Positions 1 to 8,291 of a stretch of DNA of 61,254 nt are shown piece by piece (position 1 is the stretch's first letter; every line of letters starts with the position of its first letter). Below the pieces are notes generated by a model. It did no database searches and was not told where the DNA came from. It saw nothing but the letters and a program-made list of their open reading frames with translations. A program made the position numbers and the translations under genes. The DNA comes from an uncultured virus (IMG/VR IMGVR_UViG_3300025287_000001) (taxonomy: Duplodnaviria; Heunggongvirae; Uroviricota; Caudoviricetes), in IMG/VR virus record IMGVR_UViG_3300025287_000001; one strand, written 5' to 3'.

Positions 1-306
1 TGGAATAGCACATACACTGACCCAACATAGCTCTTCTTTAGGCAAAGAGTTGTGTTTCACTATTGCCGCAGGAACTATTTTCCTTATCTGCTCTGCTTGG
101 TTTTCATCCTCGGCTATAATCCATACCTGATCAACGCCAGACATGGAAAATGAATGAAGATGAAAATCAATAAGACTGCACATACTATTAACAGGATATG
201 CGGCATGAGGCATAAGGTGGTGATGCCATTCAAAATTGGTGTATGCTATAGCAAGTATTCCAATAGCGTATCCTGAGCTTCTTCTACTAGACTTTGCCCT
301 CCCCAA
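1..306 (-). CDS. Partial ORF (runs off the left edge); N-terminus resembles a degenerate sugar-nucleotidyltransferase (NTP_transferase) fold
   Basis: Not in the ORF track. Translated by hand from TTG at 306 (AAGGAG 7 nt upstream) and open to position 1: ...AIGILAIAY...PHAAYPVNSMCSLIDFHLHSFSMSGVDQVWIIAED. This parallels the KAIILAAG..PK.LLPV...LI...L..AG...IIV pattern but lacks G-x-G-T-R. Confidence 0.5.
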   Translation of the reverse strand, partial: MGRAKSSRRSSGYAIGILAIAYTNFEWHHHLMPHAAYPVNSMCSLIDFHLHSFSMSGVDQVWIIAEDENQAEQIRKIVPAAIVKHNSLPKEELCWVSVCAIP

Positions 307-863
307 ATCTCGACTCCTTCCGCAAACTTGATATTATCTTTATGCTCGAAGACTATCTTCTCGTGGGACAGTTTTATCCTCAAGCCTTTATTCTCTTCTC
401 TCAACGCGAGAGCAATATCTGTCTCTGAGAGCTTATCATCATCGCAGTAGACAAATATAAAGTCATTAACCACATCAAGCTTGCAGCCACATATCTCATC
501 CTTGGATGAGATAAACTGTACCGCATTAAATTTCCATGCGTAAAGATATCCCTTCTTGATGAAGTCGTAACTTAATGGATCTTTAAGGCATAAGCCATCT
601 GCAATGTAGACTTTCCTGAAATCAATAGTCTCTTTGTTGGTAATAATTCTTTTGTTCTCGACATCCAGCTTTATGTGATCGTATATCTTCACCCTGCCTT
701 CCGAGACCAAGCGCAGGTAAATCTCTGTCAGGTTCTTGGTCTCGGAAGGCTCGCTATCATCCTCGGAGAGTAATGGGTATAATATGCTCCTATCTTTGGT
801 GCAGATGATAGTCAGGCCTTTCTTGAAAGCACTCTCCACGGAAGATGGTGTAATACCGATCAC
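246..863 (-). CDS. Hypothetical protein, possibly a degenerate Rossmann (FAD/NAD-binding-like) N-terminus
   Basis: Track ORF 246..938. The likely start is GTG at 863 after AGGAG/GAGG, giving VIGITPSSVESAFKKG (beta-alpha unit without the GxGxxG glycines). Confidence 0.5.
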   Translation of the reverse strand: MIGITPSSVESAFKKGLTIICTKDRSILYPLLSEDDSEPSETKNLTEIYLRLVSEGRVKIYDHIKLDVENKRIITNKETIDFRKVYIADGLCLKDPLSYDFIKKGYLYAWKFNAVQFISSKDEICGCKLDVVNDFIFVYCDDDKLSETDIALALREENKGLRIKLSHEKIVFEHKDNIKFAEGVEIWGGQSLVEEAQDTLLEYLL

Positions 864-1344
864 ATACCTCTCTCTCCTCTTCGAGGCGAGCGGCCTTTCT
901 CTTGATTCTTCTGGCGCGCCTGATGATACTTCGTGCATATTCGTAGCCTCTTTCTTTATTTATTCCTGGCTTTTTACATCGATAGCCTCTGTTGTAACCG
1001 CAGAGAGCAACCGTATAGCTTTTGCCTCTCGCATAATCATAATACCAAAAAGACAGATGCTTTGCGCCTTCAAATATTGATTTCTCGGGATCTAATAGGT
1101 CCTTGCAAGTATAGCCGCTTATAGACCACTTTGGCACCACTTGTGTTAGGCCGCAAGCACCTTTGTGGCTTTTAGACCTAACCTTCCAAGTAGACTCCTC
1201 ATAGATAAGGGAGAGAAGGATCTCCTCTTCTACTTTATGTTCCCTGGCCGCCTCTACAACTGTATCAATATTAGCGCAAGCCTTGTCTGCGTTAGCGTAT
1301 CCAAGGCTTAGTATCGCAAGGCACAGCAGGTTGGAACTTATCAT
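790..1344 (-). CDS. Soluble lytic transglycosylase (SLT domain) with hydrophobic N-terminus
   Basis: IYEES (catalytic Glu), S.KGACGLTQV, DPEKSIFEGAKHL and ALCGYNRG match SLT motifs I-III. Confidence 0.9.
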   Translation of the reverse strand: MISSNLLCLAILSLGYANADKACANIDTVVEAAREHKVEEEILLSLIYEESTWKVRSKSHKGACGLTQVVPKWSISGYTCKDLLDPEKSIFEGAKHLSFWYYDYARGKSYTVALCGYNRGYRCKKPGINKERGYEYARSIIRRARRIKRKAARLEEEREVCDRYYTIFRGECFQERPDYHLHQR

Positions 1345-2201
1345 TCTTCCCTCTTGAGCTTAAGCAACAATTCTCTCTTTCTACTTTTGCGAAGAGAAGA
1401 GGACTCGAGATTATGGGCCAACTTCTCTTCGTCTATGCTCGCGACTAGAATATCCATTTCACTACCGGAGAACTTCTTGGAACGGACATAGTGCTCCACA
1501 TAAGCCTCGTAGGTCATGGGAAATTCTCTTTTAAAGAAGTGGGAGATAATTTGCGCCATCTCTCTAATCTCTTGTTGAGCATGACCGTCATCTCTTAACT
1601 TAAGGAAGTGCATCAGGTTCTTGACATCAATCTTCCAACATGCAGTTGCATAAAAGTTAGGTCCAAGAGTAAGCCTCGCAAGCTCTTTTGTTAGTGGAGG
1701 CACGCTCTTGTCTTCGAGATCTTCTCCTGTGGCGGGATCAATCCTGGCCATCCTGCAATACCTTTTCCATTGAAGCTCGGCTCCTTCTTCAAGCTGGTCT
1801 CTGTACGCCTTTGCCAAGTGAATTGGAAGTGCGTCTCCCGAACCTTGCTTGTTCCAGTTATCATTGGTGGCCATACGCCCGATAGGAGGCACATAATAAT
1901 CCCCAGAAGGGTTGTCATACCTGAATGATTGATGGTTTTGAGAGGCCGTCCTGTGCCTTACAAGCTGTGCCCTCACAAATAGAGGCATCTTGAACTGAAA
2001 CCACAGTTCACCAGCCTCTAAGGGAGAAGTATGGTCATGCCTTACCAGATAATCAATAAGGCCCCTGTTCTCTGCATCGGTCTTGATCTCATCCTGATTA
2101 TCGAATGAACACCTAGCGAATTTACAGATGAACTCGTCCCCTCCCCCACTCTCCAAAAATTGAACATAGCCTTTGTCTAGGTACTGTATCTTGTCTTTCA
2201 T
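1341..2201 (-). CDS. thyX: Flavin-dependent thymidylate synthase ThyX
   Basis: H.SPLE, ThyX motif RHRTASQNHQSFRY, ELARLTL and NLMHFLKLR...HAQQEIR. Confidence 0.95.
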   Translation of the reverse strand: MKDKIQYLDKGYVQFLESGGGDEFICKFARCSFDNQDEIKTDAENRGLIDYLVRHDHTSPLEAGELWFQFKMPLFVRAQLVRHRTASQNHQSFRYDNPSGDYYVPPIGRMATNDNWNKQGSGDALPIHLAKAYRDQLEEGAELQWKRYCRMARIDPATGEDLEDKSVPPLTKELARLTLGPNFYATACWKIDVKNLMHFLKLRDDGHAQQEIREMAQIISHFFKREFPMTYEAYVEHYVRSKKFSGSEMDILVASIDEEKLAHNLESSSLRKSRKRELLLKLKREE

Positions 2202-2440
2202 CGTTTATTACTTTTCTCGTCGGGCAGGAAGTAATTCCAGGCGTGATTTCTGATGCTCGAATCATGCATGCCGTGTAACACAGCGCTACATTGCGTGTAC
2301 TCGATAAACTCATCCATGTGAAGATCTTTAATCACTTGAAGCATTTCCTCGTGTTCATCTGCCTCCAAGTTACCAAATTTATGTCTGGAGAACTCCAACA
2401 TTACTTCCCTATAGCCAGGTAGGACTTTACTGTTCCTCAT
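2198..2440 (-). CDS. Hypothetical protein
   Basis: Tiles between its neighbours. Start MRNSK follows AGGA and the upstream stop. Confidence 0.6.
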   Translation of the reverse strand: MRNSKVLPGYREVMLEFSRHKFGNLEADEHEEMLQVIKDLHMDEFIEYTQCSAVLHGMHDSSIRNHAWNYFLPDEKSNKR

Positions 2441-2442
2441 CA

Positions 2443-2736
2443 CTATCCTTTTTTCTTCTTTAGCTTTGCAACTATCGCGCTTTTTGTCATGACGTAAATA
2501 TCTTCGCCAAGGAGGGCGCACCTTTTCTCTAATCCCTGCTCGACGATATAAAAAGTATCTTCATCCAAATAATCTTGATAAACAGCAAACTCTTCTTTCT
2601 TGCTGCCCATCTTAATGCCAAGACTGCTTGGCTCGGGGCGCTCCTTACTATTGAAAAGGTGGGCGTTTTCCCGTTTCCTCATGATGATATAGTTGCCTTC
2701 GCACGTCAAAACATAAGATCCAAGTTCTTCATACAT
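2443..2736 (-). CDS. Putative GroES/Cpn10-like co-chaperonin (divergent)
   Basis: 97 aa. N-terminal EGNYIIMR and C-terminal GEDIYVMTKSAIVAKL resemble GroES ..DRVIVK and GEEYLILRESDILAVI. Confidence 0.5.
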   Translation of the reverse strand: MYEELGSYVLTCEGNYIIMRKRENAHLFNSKERPEPSSLGIKMGSKKEEFAVYQDYLDEDTFYIVEQGLEKRCALLGEDIYVMTKSAIVAKLKKKKG

Positions 2737-2742
2737 TGTTTA

Positions 2743-3114
2743 TTATTCTCCCTGGTCTCCAAGCATCGCTTTCATGCCTTTCTCTGTATCACCGCCACCG
2801 ATCTCTTCACCGCCTTCGATAAACATATCAATAGCTTTAGGCAAATCTTCAATAGGCAAGTCAGACTGTAACAGAGTCAAGACTCGTTTGGCAAGTCGAA
2901 TCTGGTCAGAAGTCAACCAGCCATTTTCCTTATACACCTCTTGAAGCTCTTTTGCGTTCTGCTTCAAGGGTTCCATCTTGTCTTGAATAACAGCGAACCT
3001 CTGGATGAACTCGCGCATGTGCTTCTGCACTTCTTCATCGTCCTCCAGAGGTTTTCTCTCCTTTCTTACAAGCGCTGCGATTTCATCAAGTCTTTCTTTC
3101 TTATCTTCTTTCAT
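2743..3114 (-). CDS. GapR (DUF2312)/T4 DsbA-like dsDNA-binding protein
   Basis: MREFIQRFAVIQDKMEPLKQNAKELQEVYKENGW...IRLAKR follows the GapR pattern LR.FIERIERLEEEK..I..DIKDVY.EAK..G. Confidence 0.6.
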   Translation of the reverse strand: MKEDKKERLDEIAALVRKERKPLEDDEEVQKHMREFIQRFAVIQDKMEPLKQNAKELQEVYKENGWLTSDQIRLAKRVLTLLQSDLPIEDLPKAIDMFIEGGEEIGGGDTEKGMKAMLGDQGE

Positions 3115-3659
3115 TCTTTAGATTCCTCTTTGTTTCTAGCTACTGGCCTAATGCTCTTTCTATCTACGCTGCCCTTAACTTGTTTCCATAATTTATCTGC
3201 CATCTCTTTTCCGGCTTTTTTGGACTCGGAGCATGCAGGCGTTTCGTCAAGGATAAACGTATCTTTACCTATCTTGACTTTCTTCATTACTCTATCCATA
3301 AGTATTTTCGCCCTTTTAGAAGGCTTCTTTGTAAGAAAGCCTTTGCAGACCCCTAAGTGGTAAGGTGGATCTCTATTTTCCGAAGTAAACTGCTCCTTAG
3401 AGGGATCTACAATCTCGCCATCCCACTCCAGCCACCAATGTGTAATGCCCGTATCTTGCATCGCTACAAAAGGCTTCAGGCCCTTTTCTTTACCGCCCAA
3501 CAGGTGGTAAAGGGCTTCCGCAGTAATATAACAATGCCCGGCTGTCTTGTGCCTAGGGGGTTGTTTCTCTATAACCTTCTTCATTCGAGGACTTAACAAA
3601 TCCTTACTCAAGCAACGTTGAATTTTCTCGATATATTCATCAACTAAGTCTCTATCCAT
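3111..3659 (-). CDS. Papain/transglutaminase-like Cys-His-Asp fold protein
   Basis: GHCYITAEALYHLLGG ... THWWL ... IVDPSKEQF. Start probably MDRDL at 3659. Confidence 0.6.
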   Translation of the reverse strand: MDRDLVDEYIEKIQRCLSKDLLSPRMKKVIEKQPPRHKTAGHCYITAEALYHLLGGKEKGLKPFVAMQDTGITHWWLEWDGEIVDPSKEQFTSENRDPPYHLGVCKGFLTKKPSKRAKILMDRVMKKVKIGKDTFILDETPACSESKKAGKEMADKLWKQVKGSVDRKSIRPVARNKEESKE

Positions 3660-3660
3660 A

Positions 3661-3978
3661 TTATATCCTAAAAAGCCCAAAATCACTAATTTCCTGAAGG
3701 AACCCATGATACGAAATTAGCCTTTCCCTCATAAACATAGAACCGTGAGTTCTGCTGCTTATTATTTCATAGTTTTCTCTAGGGGTGTAATCATGCGTGA
3801 CTGTAGGATTCCCATCTTTACCAACACTTATATTGATAGAGATGGAAACGTTAGTAACTTTCTTTGTGGTTACGCCGAAGATAGAGGCATGTATCGAGCT
3901 ATATTTCCCATATTTTTCACGCTCAAACTCCATATCTTCTCTTAGAAGTCTGCACATATATGTAATATTATGTATCAC
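3661..3978 (-). CDS. Hypothetical protein
   Basis: Tiles with its neighbours (4-nt overlap with the upstream gene). Confidence 0.55.
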   Translation of the reverse strand: MIHNITYMCRLLREDMEFEREKYGKYSSIHASIFGVTTKKVTNVSISINISVGKDGNPTVTHDYTPRENYEIISSRTHGSMFMRERLISYHGFLQEISDFGLFRI

Positions 3979-4256
3979 GGGAAACCTAACACGTTTACTC
4001 TTCTTATCAAGCCAAGTTTTGGATTTATCGCCATCATGTTAGAGTCAACCACAGACTCCCTTGGAGAAATGCTTAATGCTAAATTATCTGGCAGGACTAG
4101 CTTCATGAAGTGCATTATCATTCTGCGCTTTTCGTAATCATGTAATTTGTTAATGGAGACTTCTTTAAGCATTAATTCATAAACTCTAGCGCAGATAAAG
4201 TTTTCATCTCTGTTGGGGACGAAGATCGTATCATGACATGAAAACGATGCAATCAT
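3975..4256 (-). CDS. Hypothetical protein
   Basis: ATG overlaps the nrdB stop (ATGA). Confidence 0.55.
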   Translation of the reverse strand: MIASFSCHDTIFVPNRDENFICARVYELMLKEVSINKLHDYEKRRMIMHFMKLVLPDNLALSISPRESVVDSNMMAINPKLGLIRRVNVLGFP

Positions 4257-5227
4257 TCTCTTCCTTTCGTTTCTGGGTATCCGCTCTCGAAACTGCCCAC
4301 CCAATTCTTCTTCGAGTAATCTACAATAATTCTTTCAAAGAAATTGCCATGGGAAGTCCCAGAAACAAGCTCGTCAATCCACGGCAAGGGATGTACCGGA
4401 ACCTCCCAGATAGTCTTGAACCCGAGTTGCTGAAGTCTGTAGTTCGCAACATACCTAATATATTGCTTTACCTCTTCCGCTGTCAAGCCTTTCATGTCGC
4501 CCATCTCGAAGGCCTTGTCAATAAAAGCATCCTCAAGCCTTACTAGCTCCTTTGCGCACTCGTAAATGCCTTTCTTGAACTCATCATTAACAATACGAGG
4601 GTGCTCATCCAAGAAGGCCCTGAATAACATTGCGTTGCCTTTGACGTGAATCGACTCATCTCTGATCGACCACATGACAATTTCACACATGCCCTTCATT
4701 TGCCCCTCTCTCTCAAAATTAAGGAGCATGGCGAAAGATGCGAACAGAGAGACTCCCTCCATCAAGGCTTGTTTCGCAAGGTAAGAAGCGAAATCTGTAT
4801 AGCTCCTGCCGATATCTTCTATCATGAACTCATGCTTTTCTTTCATCTCGGCATAGTCATTAAATTCATGATAAAAGTCCTCACCGAATCCAAGAGTATC
4901 GCTTAATAAAGCGTAGCCCCTCTGATGGGTGCCTTCCCTGTTGGCAAAAGACAAGATCATATTTCTTGCCTCGTTATTCTTTATTACGGGAAGGATCTTT
5001 TCAATATAGCCCTGGCCGACATTCACGTCGGATGTTGTAAAGAGGCGTAATGTATTCTTGATCAAATTCTTCGCAGATTCGCCAATCTCGCCCGTCTTCC
5101 AATCTTCCACATCGGATTGCATGGAAACTTCTTCTTCCGACCAGTGCGCCTTCTCGTGGTCTCTGGTAAGCTGCACAATATCAGCATATTCAGGTACATA
5201 TGTCTTCGAGTAATCTGTCAATCCCAT
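4253..5227 (-). CDS. nrdB: Ribonucleotide reductase class Ia beta subunit
   Basis: HW..EEV.M..D..DW, diiron ligands (SDVNV, EGTH, MEG, DESIH), radical Tyr in HQRGY and C-terminal NFFE...Y. Confidence 0.95.
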   Translation of the reverse strand: MGLTDYSKTYVPEYADIVQLTRDHEKAHWSEEEVSMQSDVEDWKTGEIGESAKNLIKNTLRLFTTSDVNVGQGYIEKILPVIKNNEARNMILSFANREGTHQRGYALLSDTLGFGEDFYHEFNDYAEMKEKHEFMIEDIGRSYTDFASYLAKQALMEGVSLFASFAMLLNFEREGQMKGMCEIVMWSIRDESIHVKGNAMLFRAFLDEHPRIVNDEFKKGIYECAKELVRLEDAFIDKAFEMGDMKGLTAEEVKQYIRYVANYRLQQLGFKTIWEVPVHPLPWIDELVSGTSHGNFFERIIVDYSKKNWVGSFESGYPETKGRE

Positions 5228-5237
5228 ATTCTATTTC

Positions 5238-5774
5238 TCACTTTATTTTGTATTTTGCTATTTCCAAAAAATCTGCTCCATGCTCAACATAATCAAGATT
5301 GTAAATATACTTGATTATACTATTCTCCGAAGTAAGTCTCTTTAAGCCTCGGTGAAGATCTTTCATCTTCATTTCTTTCTCGGTATACTCCTGAATCTTC
5401 TCGGAGCATGTCTTGGCTCTTTCGAGATCATCCCCTCCTAGCGCCTTGATGAGCATCTTTTCCCACCTTCTAGCGTGAGCCCTGTATTTTGTCGCCTCAC
5501 TGTTATAAGCATCAAGGATAAGTTGCTTGCACTCATTGACATACAGGCGAGAGTTTACTTTTTGCTCTTTATTTATATAAGCATACTCTTTATTGAGTCC
5601 ATCAAACTCATCATAGATAGTTTCTGTAAATAATCTAGCCTCTCCCACTTCCTTCAAGAGATTGTCACAAAAATCTTTTACAGTATCTCCCTTGATATAT
5701 TCAACTATTGGGACCTGCCTTCTCCAGGTTTTTCTTGCTGGGAGTTTTATCGTCCCTATTTTTACTTCAGACAT
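5238..5774 (-). CDS. Hypothetical protein
   Basis: 178-aa ORF abutting its neighbours. Confidence 0.65.
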   Translation of the reverse strand: MSEVKIGTIKLPARKTWRRQVPIVEYIKGDTVKDFCDNLLKEVGEARLFTETIYDEFDGLNKEYAYINKEQKVNSRLYVNECKQLILDAYNSEATKYRAHARRWEKMLIKALGGDDLERAKTCSEKIQEYTEKEMKMKDLHRGLKRLTSENSIIKYIYNLDYVEHGADFLEIAKYKIK

Positions 5775-6080
5775 TCAATCCTCTATCCTCACGCACAAGC
5801 CGTATACTTTACTTCTCGAAGTCCATCCGTTGATATGACCTTTATTATTCCCTATCTGGACCTGTCCATCCGGCCTTATTGCTTTAACCAAGTGTAAATA
5901 ATCTCTACCGCTAACTCTACAAAGCACAATGTCGCCAGCGGACAACTCGTGCTCCCCGAGAGGAGTTACTGTCACGAGTTGTCCGCTTTTAATCTTCGGC
6001 AACATAGAGTTTCCTCTAGGCCTAAAGCTAACTTGCTTTCCTTCTAATAGTTGTTTGATGTAATAGTGCGCCCAACTCAT
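5775..6080 (-). CDS. Stand-alone peptidase S24/S26-like domain protein
   Basis: GNSMLP (catalytic Ser box), GDIVL, YLHLV (His at the general-base position) and GNN..G..NG. Confidence 0.75.
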   Translation of the reverse strand: MSWAHYYIKQLLEGKQVSFRPRGNSMLPKIKSGQLVTVTPLGEHELSAGDIVLCRVSGRDYLHLVKAIRPDGQVQIGNNKGHINGWTSRSKVYGLCVRIED

Positions 6081-6796
6081 AACTCTCCGTTCTTTAGTAA
6101 TACTGACTTGATGAAGGAAGGCGTATAAGAAGCAGACCCTTCACGACGATTAAGAAGCCTTGCGATCTCAGAGAATGACTTACCATCATTACTCAGCATA
6201 ATGATCCTGTCATGAAGCTTCTCGGTCGAGGTAAGAGATGACACCACCGTCATCGGATTAGGGTCTTCGCTCCCTCTAGAGGAGTATGAAAATTCCTCGA
6301 TCATGATCTTCCCGATACTTTGCTCGATCTGTTCTAGCTCCTTATGGGAGATGTTGATTTGGGTCACAACCCTATCAAGTTCTTCATCCCCCAGGTATTC
6401 TGTAGCAACCTTATTGGCAAGTTCTCTTAGTTTTTGCTTTGTCTTTCGTCCTGCCTTGATTTTATCGAAGAGAATGGTGTTTGCAGTCTTGAGATACTCA
6501 AGTGTTTGTTCTTTACTTGTTGTTGTTTCTTGCTCGGTATCTTCTTCCAAGAAGACATTTCTTGTTGACTTCAAACGAATCATCCACTTTGTTCTACCGG
6601 AGACATTATCCGAAGGAAGAGCCTTTCTCACCTGAACAATAAACTCTGCTCCATCTTGTTCGTAAGTGTTTCCAGCAGTCCTCTTCCTGACGTAAGACAT
6701 GCCAGCAAGCCTAAATGTCCACTCTGTATACCAGTCTGTATAGCCTTTCTCTTGGAGGTCGCGAAGGATTGCTGTTTTGTTGATTGCTTTCGACAT
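6077..6796 (-). CDS. Hypothetical protein with C-terminal HTH-like motif
   Basis: GKSFSEIARLLNRRE...SFIKSVL at the C-terminus. It lies directly downstream of a sigma70-type promoter. Confidence 0.6.
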   Translation of the reverse strand: MSKAINKTAILRDLQEKGYTDWYTEWTFRLAGMSYVRKRTAGNTYEQDGAEFIVQVRKALPSDNVSGRTKWMIRLKSTRNVFLEEDTEQETTTSKEQTLEYLKTANTILFDKIKAGRKTKQKLRELANKVATEYLGDEELDRVVTQINISHKELEQIEQSIGKIMIEEFSYSSRGSEDPNPMTVVSSLTSTEKLHDRIIMLSNDGKSFSEIARLLNRREGSASYTPSFIKSVLLKNGEL

Positions 6797-6851
6797 TGTT
6801 TTCTCTCTTGTGTTTTGTTGTCATTCGTCGCGGCAACTCGCCGCAGAAGTG

Positions 6852-6881
6852 ATACTAGTCTGACTCGGGCGCGCCTGTCAA
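6852..6881 (-). promoter_or_regulatory. Sigma70-type (early) promoter
   Basis: On the minus strand: TTGACA, 18-nt spacer, TAGTAT, about 55 nt upstream of the 6796 ATG. A leader hairpin GCGGCG-AGT-TGCCGC follows (6830-6844). Confidence 0.65.
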
Positions 6882-7127
6882 CCAGGGATTTTCACATTTT
6901 TCCACCGCCCACTCGCGCGCCGCAAGCCACTCATCGGAGACCGGGCCGGTTTCGTTGAAGATGCCACTCGAATACCTGGAATCAACCAGAACCGGCCTGT
7001 ACCGGCCACACTTGGAACATTTTTGGATTACTACTTTTTCGAAATAGGGGTGCGACAGTTCTAGCCTCGAAACGAGCTTAAAACCGTGCACCCCTATTTT
7101 ACATAATAAATGTTTAAAGCTTATCAT
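6855..7127 (-). CDS. Small Zn-binding protein (DUF1660-like C..H...CxxC)
   Basis: LLCKIGVHGF ... CSKCG. Confidence 0.55.
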   Translation of the reverse strand: MISFKHLLCKIGVHGFKLVSRLELSHPYFEKVVIQKCSKCGRYRPVLVDSRYSSGIFNETGPVSDEWLAAREWAVEKCENPWLTGAPESD

Positions 7128-7903
7128 CACAGCCTCAAGATAAATGTTGCAGTATCCAAACTGTGCCTGTTCCTGAGCATGTCTATACAATGCCCTTTTA
7201 TATTCTTCGTGGCGGGATGCTGTATGTTAAAGTCCTCCCTTTTATGATGATGACCGAAGATGATTCTTTCTGGGGCCTTTTCCAATAAAACCTTATCCAG
7301 AAAATCTGCGGTCCTTGTTCTTCTAGGAGGACCGAAGGCCGGGTTGCATAATTGCTCATACAAACAGTTAGGGCCGTCATGAGAAACAATAACCTTAAGG
7401 CCTTTGTGCGTCACGGCACGGATTTGACCCATCTTTAGCTTTGTTATCTCTTCGCTTGGATACCACTTATAGATGAACTTAACACCAAGAGAATTATAGT
7501 ATTCTTCTTTCTTCTTCCTGAACTCTTGATCTATTGACCAAGCACCTCCAATGAAGAGAATACCATCTTCATAGTAACCATCAGGTACAAACTCCCACTC
7601 CGGCCACTCATCCGCTACATCCTGAGGCTGTGAAGCACCAAGAGGTAAAGAATCGTGATCCTCGTGATTTCCCCTAATAAAGTAAAACTTCTGTGAGGGA
7701 TCTCTTTTCAGGTTTGGCAACTTAGGTAACGTGCCTTCCGGGTAGAAGCCCATGTCTCCAAGCTGGATGATCTTTGATGGAAGAACTCCATATAGGTTAA
7801 GGCAATCATTTTGAATCTTGTTAACTGCGTCTACCAAAAGCCCGAAATCGCCGTGGCAGTCGCCTATAAATCCTACTAACATATTATCCTTCCTCTCTGT
7901 CAA
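7127..7903 (-). CDS. Calcineurin-like metallophosphoesterase
   Basis: GDCHG, GDMG, RGNHE, SHD and FGHHH motifs. Confidence 0.9.
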   Translation of the reverse strand: MTERKDNMLVGFIGDCHGDFGLLVDAVNKIQNDCLNLYGVLPSKIIQLGDMGFYPEGTLPKLPNLKRDPSQKFYFIRGNHEDHDSLPLGASQPQDVADEWPEWEFVPDGYYEDGILFIGGAWSIDQEFRKKKEEYYNSLGVKFIYKWYPSEEITKLKMGQIRAVTHKGLKVIVSHDGPNCLYEQLCNPAFGPPRRTRTADFLDKVLLEKAPERIIFGHHHKREDFNIQHPATKNIKGHCIDMLRNRHSLDTATFILRL

Positions 7904-8282
7904 CCAACTTATAGGGAACCTCTCTCAGTTCCAAGCGGTAGCCTGTTGTCGAAGTCTCCATGGACTTCCCAGGCTTGCCATGCCACTTCGTGGGAATACT
8001 ATGAAGACACATAACCTCATATACCTTTCCATCATTCTTGATGATTAAGTCTCCTCTACGAAGCTTCCTAGAGAAGTGATTATCGTCCATAACCTTGTCG
8101 ATAACCAAATCCCTTTCCATCCCTGCTAGGCCTTGCTCGATAGCCTCATTGAGGACAAGATCGAGATCAACTCTCGGATCGTTTTCCTCGTAGCAAGAGG
8201 CAAATTTATGGAACTGGTTCTTGAACTCTTCAGCATTCCTCAAGAGCCAGTCTCTAATGTTGAGTGTTATTTTTGTCTTCAC
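7884..8282 (-). CDS. Hypothetical protein (possible N-terminal ribbon-helix-helix)
   Basis: KTKITLNI strand followed by helices (...LNEAIEQGL). Weak match. Confidence 0.5.
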   Translation of the reverse strand: MKTKITLNIRDWLLRNAEEFKNQFHKFASCYEENDPRVDLDLVLNEAIEQGLAGMERDLVIDKVMDDNHFSRKLRRGDLIIKNDGKVYEVMCLHSIPTKWHGKPGKSMETSTTGYRLELREVPYKLVDREEG

Positions 8283-8291
8283 AGTGTTTCC

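Noticed and set aside
864..938. N-terminal extensions given by the ORF track (also 43902..43976, 43518..43541, 3660..3707, 7128..7190, 42133..42147)
   Set aside because: They overlap upstream genes or elements, and downstream starts have better RBS or stop-start coupling.
7127..7903. Metallophosphoesterase as the SbcD/gp47 subunit
   Set aside because: The SbcD domain is already present, fused to SbcC at 54063..57203. This ORF is a separate small phosphoesterase.
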